Below are positions 1 to 10,822 of a DNA stretch of 64,000 nucleotides, piece by piece (positions within the stretch are counted from its first letter, which is position 1; each line of letters opens with the position of its first letter). Source of the DNA: a virus; IMG/VR virus record IMGVR_UViG_3300003886_000001, positions 1 to 64,000 of that record. One strand, given 5' to 3'. Under the pieces are notes generated by a model. The model was not told where the DNA came from, did no database searches, and saw only the letters and a program-made list of their open reading frames with translations. The translations under genes and the position numbers were made by a program.

Positions 1-119
1 CAATTAGAGGCAGCTATTAGTGAAGTTGAAGTGATGGGAAACTATAATAGTCTAGCCCCTTTGATTGTAAAAAGGGCATTATATGAATATATTATGAAGT
101 TACTAAAAGGCCGTGAATA

Positions 120-1154
120 ATGGTGATGAAAGAAGATAACTCAGACTTTGGTACCCGTATGAAGTTTAATTCCGGTAGTAAATCAGCTGTAGCTACAGTT
201 ATCAAAGGTATTAGAAAAGACTATGGTGAGGATAGCATTGTTCTTGGTGATACTAAACGTGGGGTTGATGCTCTCCCAACTGGTAGCTTTGGATTGGATA
301 TTGCTACTGGAATTGGAGGATATCCGCGCGGCCGGTTGACTGTTTTAGCGGGCTGGGAGGCTTCAGGAAAAACTACTCATGCGCTCAAGGCTATTACTAG
401 TATTCAACGTATGGGTGGTAAAGCCGTATTTATTGATACAGAATATGCTTTGGACCCATTATGGGCAGAAAAACAAGGCGTGGACATGGGGACTTTGGAA
501 TGGATTCAAACGGAAGATTTGGAAACTGCCGGAGAAGTAGCTGTAAGATTAGCTGCTTCCCATACTATTGATTTACTTGTATTTGATTCAATTGCTGGAG
601 CCCCTATTAAAGCTGTAGTAGCGGGAGAATTGGGCGACTCCAACATGGGTAAACGGGCAAAGATAATGTCAGACTTTATTCCTAAATTAAATGGGCCTAT
701 CTCACGTAATAATATGTGGATGATATTTACTAATCAGCAGAGGGACTCATTAAATCCATATGCCCCGAAGCCGGTAAGGCCCGGAGGGCACGCCGCAAAC
801 TACCACGCTTCAATGATTATTATACTCAAGGCGAAGAAGAAGACAGGGAGTCCCGTAGAAATAATCGCACACGTGGAGAAGAATAAGATTAGCGTCCCAT
901 TTAAAGAGGCTAAATATTTTATGGACGACGACGGGGCAATTGATGAAGTTGATGAATTAGCCACAATATTAACCGATAAGACCCTAATTGATAAATTGGG
1001 AATAATACGTGAAGGGATGATGTATACATTGCCTAAGGGATGGCTCCCTAATCAAGAAAATAGATTCAAAGGAAAACCAGCTATATTAGAGCTATTAGGA
1101 CAAGATTTGGACCTCCTAGATAAGATTAAACAGGAAATTCTCTCAATAAAATGA
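120..1154 (+). CDS. recA: RecA/UvsX-like recombinase
   Basis: GGYPRGR, Walker A GWEASGKTT, FIDTEYALD, VFDSI, FTNQQR. Confidence 0.95.
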   Translation: MVMKEDNSDFGTRMKFNSGSKSAVATVIKGIRKDYGEDSIVLGDTKRGVDALPTGSFGLDIATGIGGYPRGRLTVLAGWEASGKTTHALKAITSIQRMGGKAVFIDTEYALDPLWAEKQGVDMGTLEWIQTEDLETAGEVAVRLAASHTIDLLVFDSIAGAPIKAVVAGELGDSNMGKRAKIMSDFIPKLNGPISRNNMWMIFTNQQRDSLNPYAPKPVRPGGHAANYHASMIIILKAKKKTGSPVEIIAHVEKNKISVPFKEAKYFMDDDGAIDEVDELATILTDKTLIDKLGIIREGMMYTLPKGWLPNQENRFKGKPAILELLGQDLDLLDKIKQEILSIK

Positions 1155-1480
1155 ACTATAAAAAAAAGTATAAAAGCCATTCTTATCTAGAGTATATAGG
1201 TGAGCAGAGGTGTTGTATAACTGGAGAGTTAGGAGCAGATATACACCATGAATCTGTCACACATAAATACTCAGCGGGGTTAAAGAAGTATTTTGATTTT
1301 GGGGCAATCCCTCTAATTCATAAAGTACATATTGATGAACGACATGGTTGGGGAAAGACTTATTTTTGGAATTATTATAATAAAGACCCTAGAGATGTCG
1401 TTCGTCGTTTATTACAGAGTTATATTTTACTTGGATTTGATGATTTAGCCGAAGAAGCGTTGGAACTGGTTGACATATGA
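1151..1480 (+). CDS. HNH-like Cys/His nuclease (DUF968/HNHc-like)
   Basis: CCITG...DIHH...IPL..H..ERH pattern; coupled to recA. Confidence 0.55.
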   Translation: MNYKKKYKSHSYLEYIGEQRCCITGELGADIHHESVTHKYSAGLKKYFDFGAIPLIHKVHIDERHGWGKTYFWNYYNKDPRDVVRRLLQSYILLGFDDLAEEALELVDI

Positions 1481-2580
1481 CTTTAGAAGAAAATCCTCTA
1501 TATCTTAGCAAACAATTAATTACTTACATTGGAAATAAACGAGCACTACTTGGTGCGATTAATGTTGCTATAGATAAAGTTAAGAATCGTCTTGGTAAAT
1601 CCCGTCTCCATATACTTGATGCGTTTTCTGGGTCTGGTATTGTATCTCGTAATTTTAAACGACATGCAGCATACTTGGTGAGTATTGATATTGAGTCATA
1701 TGCCGTAGAAATTGCAAGATGTTATCTCCGTAACCACTCCACCGTTGATAATCATGAGCTGTTATCGCTTGTTGATGACTTAAATTCAAGGGTTGACACC
1801 TTGGATGTGCCCATGGGTTTTATTCAAGAGCTATATGCACCATTGCAAGATGACCAAATTACGAAAGATGACCGTGTCTTCTACTCCTCATATAATGCAC
1901 GTCGCCTAGATAATTATCGGAGAATGTTAGATGACGTTCCTATGTATAGGGGTTTGCTAATGGGTCCTCTTCTTAGTGAGGCATCAGTGCATGTTAATAC
2001 AGCTGGAGTTTTTAAGGGGTTCTACAAGGACCGATATACGAAAATAGGACAATTTGGTGGTACCAACAGAGATTCATTAAAACGTATTTTGGGTAGTATT
2101 AGGTTAGAGGCTCCAGTCCTGAGTCGTTTTGAGTGTGATGTTGAGATTATTCAAGGGGATATCAATACTCTTGTTCCCACGTTACAAAACTTTGATTTGT
2201 CCTACTTAGACCCACCCTATAACCAACACCCCTACGGGTCGAATTACTTTATGCTTAATCTGCTCACGAACTACAAGCGCCCCAAACACATTAGTCGCGT
2301 TTCCGGTATACCAACGAACTGGCAACGGTCAGATTACAATACACGCATTCGTTCAAGGGGCCGTCTTTCTGAGTTATTACAGTCGATAAACACAAAGTTT
2401 ATACTTATCTCGTTTAATGATGAAGGGTTTATTTCTTTAGCAGATATGATTCCAATGCTAGAAGAAATAGGTACTGTTGATGTGATGGAGTTTCAGTATA
2501 ACACATTTCGAGGTTGCCGCAATCTAAAGAATCGTAAGTCGCATGTGACAGAACGATTATTCTTGGTGGAAAAGTTATGA
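1477..2580 (+). CDS. DNA adenine methyltransferase (alpha class, D12/NlaIII-like)
   Basis: YIGNKR, motif I DAFSGSG, motif IV YLDPPYN. Confidence 0.9.
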   Translation: MTLEENPLYLSKQLITYIGNKRALLGAINVAIDKVKNRLGKSRLHILDAFSGSGIVSRNFKRHAAYLVSIDIESYAVEIARCYLRNHSTVDNHELLSLVDDLNSRVDTLDVPMGFIQELYAPLQDDQITKDDRVFYSSYNARRLDNYRRMLDDVPMYRGLLMGPLLSEASVHVNTAGVFKGFYKDRYTKIGQFGGTNRDSLKRILGSIRLEAPVLSRFECDVEIIQGDINTLVPTLQNFDLSYLDPPYNQHPYGSNYFMLNLLTNYKRPKHISRVSGIPTNWQRSDYNTRIRSRGRLSELLQSINTKFILISFNDEGFISLADMIPMLEEIGTVDVMEFQYNTFRGCRNLKNRKSHVTERLFLVEKL

Positions 2581-3149
2581 TTACTCACGAATTTTCAACT
2601 TCTAGTAACTTAGGAGGTATTGGTGAAGCTATTTTTCTTTTATTAGCGAGAGAAATTAGCAATAAGGTTATTAGCGTGTCAGAAGTAAAAGATTGGCAAT
2701 TGTTAGGAATTGACTTCATAGTAGACACCGTTCATTACGATACAAAACTAGACCTAAAGGCTACTGTTACCGGTAACATGGCTATAGAAACAATATCTAG
2801 AAAGGTGGAAGGCCGTATCAAGAAGGAAGGATGGTTTTATACTACTAAAGCTGACTGTATTGTATATATTTTTAGAGAGGACCTTTCGTGGAAACTATTC
2901 TTTTTTACATTAGGACAATTGAAGACTTTAGTGCATAGGTATAAACTAGCGACAAAAGAAGTATTTAATTATGGATACACCAGCGAAGTGATTTTGGTAC
3001 CATTATCGGAGCTAAAGGATAAAAAGTCATTAGAGATTCCGATTGTGAACTTCAAAGAATTAGATTTAACCTTCTTTAGGGAAACACACGAGTTTCTAAA
3101 GAGGAGAAAAGATAGCCTTGCCAAGATTAGACATAAGGCAAATGAATGA
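2577..3149 (+). CDS. PD-(D/E)xK nuclease, possible restriction endonuclease
   Basis: GE...GIDF..D.K...NMAIET pattern; ATGA overlap with MTase. Confidence 0.55.
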   Translation: MITHEFSTSSNLGGIGEAIFLLLAREISNKVISVSEVKDWQLLGIDFIVDTVHYDTKLDLKATVTGNMAIETISRKVEGRIKKEGWFYTTKADCIVYIFREDLSWKLFFFTLGQLKTLVHRYKLATKEVFNYGYTSEVILVPLSELKDKKSLEIPIVNFKELDLTFFRETHEFLKRRKDSLAKIRHKANE

Positions 3150-4732
3150 AATTAGCAGAGCGAATAGACCTATTTTACGAGAAGGCAAATGTGGTCCATG
3201 GACATATCTATAGATACGACCTGTCCACCTATAGGAACCATTCCTCCCCCATGTCAATTTTTTGTAAACTTCATGGGGTATTCTACATGTCCCCTAATAA
3301 CCATTTAGCCGGACAGGGATGCCCCAAGTGTGGCAGATTACGCCGCAACAGATTAACCACTGAGGAATTCATACGGAAGGCTAAACTAGTACATGGGGAT
3401 ACTTATACCTACTGTTCAACAATTTATGGTAGGAACTCTCATGAGAATGTAGTAATAACATGTAGCCTTCATGGTGACTTTCTTCAATCTCCTAATAAGC
3501 ACCTCCAAGGGCATGGATGCCAATCATGTGGCAATTATGGAGCAATTCCTGATACCGTAGAGGGGTTTATAAAAAAGGCCGAGCACGTACACCACAGTAA
3601 ATATCTGTATACTGATGTTAAATATGTGAGTAGCAAACGAAAGATAACTATAATCTGTCCCGAACACGGCAGATTTCGTCAGTTACCGAATAACCACCTA
3701 GTCGGGTCCGGGTGCCCCAGTTGTGCATTAGTGTCATCCTCGTTGAAACAGAGAATGACGCAGGCAGAGTTTGAAGACAAAGCACGCAGTATGCATAAAT
3801 CGACTTATAGCTACGGAACATATAGTGGGATGGCAAATAGCATTGAGATAATTTGTCCAGAACACGGTAGCTTCTTTATTATTCGGGCTGAAGACCATCT
3901 CTATAAAAAGAGAGGGTGCTCTAGATGTAATCAATCCCACCAACAGCAACAAGTGAGGGAGTTACTAGATAGCCTAGGGATATTGTACAAGGAAAATGTT
4001 CGTACAATTATACCCCCATATGAATTAGACTTTTACATCCCGGATAGTAATTTAGCGATTGAAATAAACGGATTATATTGGCATAGCACTAAATATAAAG
4101 CTAAAAACTACCACTGGAACAAAGAAATACGTTGTCGGGAGTTAGGGATTAACCTATTACAATTTTGGCATCATGAGATTGGTGCGTTAGTGTTCTCCAT
4201 GATAAGAGCGAAATTAGGAGTCTTCACTAGGACAATATATGGTCGGAAGACCGTGATACGTGGTATATCGTCCGGAGACTATCGTGACTTTCTTAGGTCT
4301 AACCATCTACAAGGAGCAATAAACTCATCAGAAAGGAACGGATTATACTTTGTAGACGAGTTAGTCGCTGTAATGGGGTTTTCCAGGGGCAATCACTTAG
4401 ACAGATTTGCCACGATTAGAGATACCAGAGTTATTGGAGGGTTTACGAAGCTGTTAAAATCTTTTAATAAACATGATATTGTAAGTTTTTCAGCTAATAG
4501 ATATAGCGATGGCAATGTTTATGTGAAAAATGGATTTAGTTTAGAACGAGAGAATAAATATACATTATATTACACTGATGGGAACTCTTTATTCTCTAGA
4601 GAAAGGTTTCAAAGACATAAATTAAAAGGAGTAACATATGGTCAGTCGGTAGAGAAGTTTTTAAATCTACGAGGTATTTATTCGATTTATGGACCCGGTA
4701 CTAAAAAGTGGAGGTTGTTGAATGAATTATGA
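3146..4732 (+). mobile_element. Free-standing homing endonuclease (Zn-ribbon repeats + PD-(D/E)xK + Hef-like tail)
   Basis: four C..HG.F.....HL...GC..C repeats; ELDFYIPDSNLAIEINGLYWH; abuts nrdJ. Confidence 0.8.
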
Positions 4733-7301
4733 AGAATTTCCCGAGAGGGTTTTAGACGAAGATTTCTTTGGTACGGAACTCGCCCGGAAAAACTGGGCTA
4801 GTAAATACCAATATAATAACGAAACCCCAGTTGGCACTTTTAAGCGTGTAGCACGCGCTCTAGCTAGTGTAGAAGATGATTCGGATTATTGGTATGGCCG
4901 ATTTCTGGATATGATGTTGAAAACAGAACTGTTGACAAATGGTGCATATAGGGCTGTCGGTCTGAAAAACACCTTCGGCGGACGTATCACAGCCAATATC
5001 GGAACAGAGTACAAAGGTGCCACCCTAACAAATTGCTTTATTACTGGTCCGGTAAAAGACGCTACTGTCTCCTATACACGAACTTTTGGTGACAACAATC
5101 ACATTGACGTAGAATATAAGAGTGAGAGCACTCCGGATAATCTAAAGAATATTATGCTCACACTACTTGAGCAGTCAGAGACATTAAAATCGGAGGGTGG
5201 ATACGGTATTAACTTCGGTTTTATACGCCCAAGAGGGTCCATCATCAAGAGCTTGGGCATCCGACATCCCGGTGTTGTGCATTATATGGATATATGGGAT
5301 AAAACTGCCGCAGTAATTGTAATGGGTGATACTGACGGTTATACAAATAAGCTTAAAAATTATAAGGTAGACGAGCCTAATACTATTAAATTAAAAAAGC
5401 AGGCAAGAAAAGGCGCACAAATGGCGGTTTTGCCTGTATGGCATCCTGATATTGAAGAGTATATTAGAGCTAAACAAACCCCCGGGCGTTTAACTAAGTT
5501 CAATATGTCTGTTTTAGTAGATGACAGGTTTATGAAAGCAGTAATCAACGACACCTTTTATAAGCTTACGTTTGAAGATATAGTATATAAACGAGTCAAA
5601 GCACGGGATTTGTATGATTTAATAATGCAATCTACATATAATCGGGCAGAACCCGGGATACTTTTTTATGATAATATGCAGAAGAACAATCCCCTATCCT
5701 ATCTTGGAGAAATAACTGCAACTAATCCCTGTGGAGAAATAGGGGGAAATCCAGATACCAGCACTGTATGTCTACTAGGGTCTATAAATTTAACTCAGTA
5801 CGTTAATAAGGACCGTACATTTAACTGGGAACAGTTAGAGGAAGATATTCCTACATTTGCCAGGGCACTCGATAATGTAAACGACTTGACTACTAGCCCA
5901 TTACCGCAGTATACTTGGGCTACAAAGAACATTCGTCAATATGGTATGGGGATAAATGGATTAGGCTCTACACTGTACATGCTAGGTATTTCATATAATT
6001 CCGCTGAAGGTAAAGACTTCACGGATAAGGTTACTAGTCTAAAGGAAGAATTAACCTGGAGAACATCTGCTTCTTTAGCGGCGGAGAAGGGGGTTTTCCC
6101 GGTGTATGACCAACAATTCTTGGAAACTGATTGGTTTACGAATTTTACTCGTATATCAGAAGAGGCTAAAGCCTTGATACGTAAACATGGGGTTAGAAAC
6201 GGTAAAACCACAACAAACCCACCCTTAGGCAATTCTTCGGTAATTTGTGATATTGTTTCTAATGGTATTGAACCGGTGTTTATGACCGAATATCAACGTA
6301 CCTACATTACGGATAGTTGGCCAAGTGGTTTATCTCCAGACACTATTAAAAAGACATTGAAAGAAACAAAGCATGGGGACGCAATAGTATGGGTTGGTGA
6401 TTATAGTGGTAGAAGGTGGTTGTATGAACCACATAATCGCGGACTCTGTATTACCGAAACTGTACGTGACTACGGGTATCAATGGGTACTTGACCATTAT
6501 CCAGAGGATGATGATGCATATATGGTCACAACGACTAGCCTCTCGGTCCAAGAACATGTTGATATCCAGGAAATAGTACAGCGTAATTGTAATCAATCCG
6601 TGTCTAAAACAGCCAATCTCCCCAACGATTATCCATACGATAAATTTAAAAAGCTCTATATTACAGCCTGGAAGAAAGGGTTAAATGGGTTCACCACGTA
6701 TCGTGCGGGCTCCATGGAGGCGGTTCTTAACCAGGTGGAGGAGTCTAAGGAGACAAAGCAGCCAGATGTTATCAGGAAAGACTTAAAGTTGCCAGATATA
6801 TTCATAAACGGGGATATGCACATTATCAAACGTGAAGGTCAAAAGTTTTATATGCACTTCTCATACTTGCCGGAGGATGTTGACGAAATATTTCCAATCG
6901 CATTATGGGTACAAACAAATAATACAGGGGAGATTCGTGAAGCTAATGGCGCAGTACGAGTGTTGGTTGATTTATTAGAAAAGTTTGAAATTGACCCTGA
7001 CCTCATTGAAGCGCAAAAGGAGAAGACCAAGGGAAATCCGGGCTATATGAGGGTAGCAAAATTAGTATCAATGTGTTTAAGGCATAATATACCTCTTGTT
7101 AATATCGTAGCCGCCTTCGATAGGGTTCCAGAGATTTATGTCACGGATTTAATTTTTGCTATAAAGAAGTTTTTATCAAACCACATCCCGAACGGGTTAA
7201 AAGCCACCGGTGTTATTTGCTCAGTATGTGGTAGTGATAATGTTATTTTTGAGTCTGGATGCACATTATGTAAAAGTTGTGGCGCATCGAATTGTGGATA
7301 A
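4722..7301 (+). CDS. nrdJ: Class II (B12-dependent) ribonucleotide reductase
   Basis: LTNCF, TNPCGEI, CLLGSIN, QSVSKT, GFTTYR, C-terminal Zn ribbon. Confidence 0.93.
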   Translation: MNYEEFPERVLDEDFFGTELARKNWASKYQYNNETPVGTFKRVARALASVEDDSDYWYGRFLDMMLKTELLTNGAYRAVGLKNTFGGRITANIGTEYKGATLTNCFITGPVKDATVSYTRTFGDNNHIDVEYKSESTPDNLKNIMLTLLEQSETLKSEGGYGINFGFIRPRGSIIKSLGIRHPGVVHYMDIWDKTAAVIVMGDTDGYTNKLKNYKVDEPNTIKLKKQARKGAQMAVLPVWHPDIEEYIRAKQTPGRLTKFNMSVLVDDRFMKAVINDTFYKLTFEDIVYKRVKARDLYDLIMQSTYNRAEPGILFYDNMQKNNPLSYLGEITATNPCGEIGGNPDTSTVCLLGSINLTQYVNKDRTFNWEQLEEDIPTFARALDNVNDLTTSPLPQYTWATKNIRQYGMGINGLGSTLYMLGISYNSAEGKDFTDKVTSLKEELTWRTSASLAAEKGVFPVYDQQFLETDWFTNFTRISEEAKALIRKHGVRNGKTTTNPPLGNSSVICDIVSNGIEPVFMTEYQRTYITDSWPSGLSPDTIKKTLKETKHGDAIVWVGDYSGRRWLYEPHNRGLCITETVRDYGYQWVLDHYPEDDDAYMVTTTSLSVQEHVDIQEIVQRNCNQSVSKTANLPNDYPYDKFKKLYITAWKKGLNGFTTYRAGSMEAVLNQVEESKETKQPDVIRKDLKLPDIFINGDMHIIKREGQKFYMHFSYLPEDVDEIFPIALWVQTNNTGEIREANGAVRVLVDLLEKFEIDPDLIEAQKEKTKGNPGYMRVAKLVSMCLRHNIPLVNIVAAFDRVPEIYVTDLIFAIKKFLSNHIPNGLKATGVICSVCGSDNVIFESGCTLCKSCGASNCG

Positions 7302-7312
7302 GGAGGACAGTG

Positions 7313-7957
7313 ATGGATGACAAATTGATAGAGATTAAAGAAACAGATGCTTGGCCTACGGGAAAGAAAGTTACTATTGATGACAAATCTGTCGTTAATA
7401 TAAATACAGCAGCTACATATGAAGTAGGAAAAATATCATTTGACTACCCAAACACCAGCGGTACCTTTTATTCTGTCTCTCCGTACGGTACAGTTTTATT
7501 ACATATTCCTCCTGGTACCGGAAGATACTTTAGGTTTACATTCACTGGAACAGAGACTTTCTCAGGAGTTTACTCCGTAGACGTCCCCCCGTCGTTAGTT
7601 ACTGCGAGTATAGCTTTTACCGATATAACAGAAACTCCTACTATGATTCTTGGGGCCAACGTTACTAATATCGGAAATACATTTACCGCAGATTTGACTA
7701 CGAACCCTAATAACATCGGAGTCGTAACTTACGAATTTACTACAGAATATACATTACATAATTATGTGATAACTCCTACTATTACCAATAGTTATGGTGA
7801 TATACTTAATATTCCATTAAGTTGGAGCATCTCTACTTCAACTGATGGTACTAGTTTTTACGACCAGCCTACTCTTTACATGGACCTAACTGGATTAGCG
7901 GTAATTGACGCAGCTACATCTGCTATTTTACCTGCATATTATACGATTTCAATATAA
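7313..7957 (+). CDS. Hypothetical beta-rich (Thr/Ser) protein, possibly virion
   Basis: RBS AAGGAGG before ATG 7313; composition. Confidence 0.6.
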   Translation: MDDKLIEIKETDAWPTGKKVTIDDKSVVNINTAATYEVGKISFDYPNTSGTFYSVSPYGTVLLHIPPGTGRYFRFTFTGTETFSGVYSVDVPPSLVTASIAFTDITETPTMILGANVTNIGNTFTADLTTNPNNIGVVTYEFTTEYTLHNYVITPTITNSYGDILNIPLSWSISTSTDGTSFYDQPTLYMDLTGLAVIDAATSAILPAYYTISI

Positions 7958-8424
7958 TGACTATTTATCAGATTTGGTTAGGACGCTCTCCCCCAACGGG
8001 GATTAAACGATGCATGCGGTCAGTGGAGGAGGTAGCAGGTAAATCTTATGTTCTAGACACAGAAGAGAAATATCCAGGTCTTCCCTATTTTGTACAAAGT
8101 AACTTAATGAGGTTAGAGATGGCGGTGAAAGTGCCAGATTTATTTTATATCGACTCCGACGTGGAGTTATTCAAGATTCCTGATTTTCCTAAAGTTGGAC
8201 CATATATGAGTACATGTGATAGATTTGAGGGGGTTTATCCTGCATTATTTTATGTAAATAATGAGACCTCAGTATTTAAGAGGGTCTTAGAGAATTACAA
8301 ATTAGTATATAATACACGACCACTAATAAACTTAGGCTTCTTTACACTAGTTAACACCATTGATACTACAGCTTACAAACATTATTATTTTACACATAGA
8401 AAGGAGTTTATATGTACGGATTAG
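7957..8424 (+). CDS. DXD glycosyltransferase-like (GT32-type) protein
   Basis: IYQIWLG N-terminus, YIDSD motif. Confidence 0.6.
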   Translation: MTIYQIWLGRSPPTGIKRCMRSVEEVAGKSYVLDTEEKYPGLPYFVQSNLMRLEMAVKVPDLFYIDSDVELFKIPDFPKVGPYMSTCDRFEGVYPALFYVNNETSVFKRVLENYKLVYNTRPLINLGFFTLVNTIDTTAYKHYYFTHRKEFICTD

Positions 8425-9068
8425 GAAGAGTTCATTCACCCGATGACCGGGATAATAAGTTCCCGCTAAGTGAAAGGTTGCCGGTAGAACAGGCGCGTAA
8501 TACATGGAAATATTGGTGGGCTGACGGATGGTGGGGAAATCAACATGAAACTGAACAGTGTACGGCGTATAGCTGGCTCCATTGGGTTTCCGATGGCCCC
8601 GTTAAACATCCAAAGGACAAGTCTCCCGTAGAAAATCCGGTAAGCTTTTATGAGAAGGAGCAGGTGATTGATGGATTACCGCTTCCGCACCAAGGTAGTA
8701 CGGTTCGGGCTGGGGCAAAGATACTAAAAAGTCAGAACTTTATTCTATCCTATCATTGGGCGCAAAATATTGAAGATATTAAAGCTTGTTTACTAACTAC
8801 AGGACCATTAGTAGTAGGTACGCTTTGGACAACAGACATGTTAACACCTAACCCCAAGGGCATCATTAGACCAACTGGTAACAGTGCTGGCGGCCATGCA
8901 TATGTTTTGGATGGAATTAATCTAGGAAAGGGGCTGTTACGAATTAAAAACTCATGGGGCAGAGAATGGGGAAAGAAGGGATTTGCCTATATCCCTATCA
9001 GCGACTTTGCCCTGTTATTGACGGACCATGGAGAGGCATGCTTAGCTATTGAGAACCCGCTCATCTAA
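8412..9068 (+). CDS. Papain-family (C1A) cysteine peptidase
   Basis: Q.....C (QHETEQCTAYS), GGHAYVL, IKNSWG. Confidence 0.88.
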   Translation: MYGLGRVHSPDDRDNKFPLSERLPVEQARNTWKYWWADGWWGNQHETEQCTAYSWLHWVSDGPVKHPKDKSPVENPVSFYEKEQVIDGLPLPHQGSTVRAGAKILKSQNFILSYHWAQNIEDIKACLLTTGPLVVGTLWTTDMLTPNPKGIIRPTGNSAGGHAYVLDGINLGKGLLRIKNSWGREWGKKGFAYIPISDFALLLTDHGEACLAIENPLI

Positions 9069-9070
9069 TA

Positions 9071-9091
9071 CTCATATGTAAGTAGTATACT
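9071..9091 (+). promoter_or_regulatory. Class II promoter
   Basis: CTCAT-N10-TATACT. Confidence 0.55.
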
Positions 9092-9134
9092 TAGAGAAGA
9101 AAGAAGGGAAAAATGATTTACCATTCAAGGGGGA

Positions 9135-9704
9135 TTGATGACTCACATAATGGTTGATGTTGAGACGCTTGGCACAAAACGTGAATCCGCCCCTGTTATA
9201 TCAATAGCAGCTGTAAAGTTTAATCTAAATAAAGGTATAGTAGAAGATAAAAATGCATTTCATCGTAATATTGACTTAAATGACGCATTAAAGTATGGTG
9301 TAGTAGAGGGGAGCACCCTTAAATGGTGGCAAACGTCAGATAAGCATTCTGTTTTTAAGGATATTATATTTGATTCCCATGCAGTTACCACAAGAAAAAC
9401 ATTAGACGAATTGGAAGAATGGTGCGGGCACTCCATAACACCATGGGCTAAAGGTACAGATTTTGATTTTGTGCTTATAGATAGACTGTATGAACAAACA
9501 GGGTTAAAGAACCCGTTTTCGGTATTTTGGCGCCATCGAGATACAAGGACCTTTGTGGATACAATCCGTAACTTAGGTGTACCTAAATTAGTAATTGAAA
9601 GACGGCAAGGACTAGCCCATAATGCATTGTCAGATGTTATTTACCAAGCAGATGAGCTAATAGCGTATAACCGAGCGGCCTTTGAGCTGCTCAAGGAGGT
9701 TTAA
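9135..9704 (+). CDS. DEDDh 3'-5' exoribonuclease (Rv2179c-like)
   Basis: MVDVETLG, WAKGTDFD, RDTRT, HNALSD. Confidence 0.88.
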   Translation: MMTHIMVDVETLGTKRESAPVISIAAVKFNLNKGIVEDKNAFHRNIDLNDALKYGVVEGSTLKWWQTSDKHSVFKDIIFDSHAVTTRKTLDELEEWCGHSITPWAKGTDFDFVLIDRLYEQTGLKNPFSVFWRHRDTRTFVDTIRNLGVPKLVIERRQGLAHNALSDVIYQADELIAYNRAAFELLKEV

Positions 9705-9706
9705 AG

Positions 9707-10210
9707 ATGTCTATACCAGGAACGAACAGGACGTTAGTAACCGACTGTGCCACGACTCCATCATATACTCAAGATTACACCACTACGGCGAATCTATATT
9801 ATCCTAATACAACGGTACCGGACCAGCAGGCTTTATATTTCCCATTCATCCCATCACCCTTCTTCCCTCAACCATATATTCCCCTTCCTCCTCAACCGTT
9901 ACCTTTACCATATTTTCACCCCTGGTTAACCTATTCGTTACCATGTGCTTGTAAAGGGGATAAAGAGGATGATGAAGATGGTACTACGCTGTCCCTCATC
10001 TTGTTAGGAATTGAAAAAGACAGGATAGCAGTATCGCTTAATGGTAATGAGTTAGAGATTACAGTGGATGGTAAACGCCGTAAAACATTTTCTATCATAG
10101 CTCATTTATATAATATTAAGGATACCAAAGTTAGTTTGCATGAGGGCATCTTAAGGATTCGTCTACCTTTCCTCGTTATTAATAAGGAGTTTGAGATAGA
10201 GAATGACTAA
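9707..10210 (+). CDS. Hsp20-like protein with Pro-rich N-terminus
   Basis: C-terminal alpha-crystallin-like DTKVSLHEGILRIRLP. Confidence 0.65.
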   Translation: MSIPGTNRTLVTDCATTPSYTQDYTTTANLYYPNTTVPDQQALYFPFIPSPFFPQPYIPLPPQPLPLPYFHPWLTYSLPCACKGDKEDDEDGTTLSLILLGIEKDRIAVSLNGNELEITVDGKRRKTFSIIAHLYNIKDTKVSLHEGILRIRLPFLVINKEFEIEND

Positions 10211-10385
10211 AACTCGTGAGATTAGAATTAGACCTTCAAGACCCTACACAACTTAGTTCAAACATTAAGGAATGGAATATTGATGGTGTATTTACCTATG
10301 TCTACAAAATACACTACCTATTGAGTAGTTAACTATATTTGCGTTCTTTCCCCGTGGGGCAAGTAGGCTCATTTAGTTAAGTGGG

Positions 10386-10414
10386 TTGACAAAGAATAGA
10401 TGGGTGGGTATACT
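10386..10414 (+). promoter_or_regulatory. Sigma70-type promoter
   Basis: TTGACA-17-TATACT. Confidence 0.85.
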
Positions 10415-10432
10415 AGTAGTAAGGAGGCTACG

Positions 10433-10777
10433 ATGTTTAGTGAACCACTTACCATTCGTGATATGGAGGGTCTTGAGACTGAAATATCGAACATGAATCG
10501 TGCTGATACCAATATATCTAGTACCGTTGATAAATCTGGTGCTACAATTAGTTTTGTATTACCTGGGTATGAGAAAGAGGAGATTAAACTTTCTGTGACT
10601 GATGGTCTTCTAGATGTTGTAGCTATCAATGCAAGTGGTAATGGTGTGCATAAACCCTATAGACTGAGTAAAACCTACGATTTATCAAGGGTAAGTGCAA
10701 CGTTGAGGAATGGCATACTAAAAGTGTATCTGCCATTTCTGGAATCTGCAAAGCCTCGCAGCATATTGATTGACTAA
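10433..10777 (+). CDS. Small heat-shock protein Hsp20
   Basis: LPGYEKEEIKLSV, VSATLRNGILKVYLP; RBS AAGGAGG. Confidence 0.85.
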   Translation: MFSEPLTIRDMEGLETEISNMNRADTNISSTVDKSGATISFVLPGYEKEEIKLSVTDGLLDVVAINASGNGVHKPYRLSKTYDLSRVSATLRNGILKVYLPFLESAKPRSILID

Positions 10778-10784
10778 TAAAGCG

Positions 10785-10805
10785 CTCATGTTGGTGTGCT
10801 ATACT
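10785..10805 (+). promoter_or_regulatory. Class II promoter
   Basis: CTCAT-N10-TATACT with TGn. Confidence 0.6.
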
Positions 10806-10822
10806 GTCTTTAAGAGAGGATA

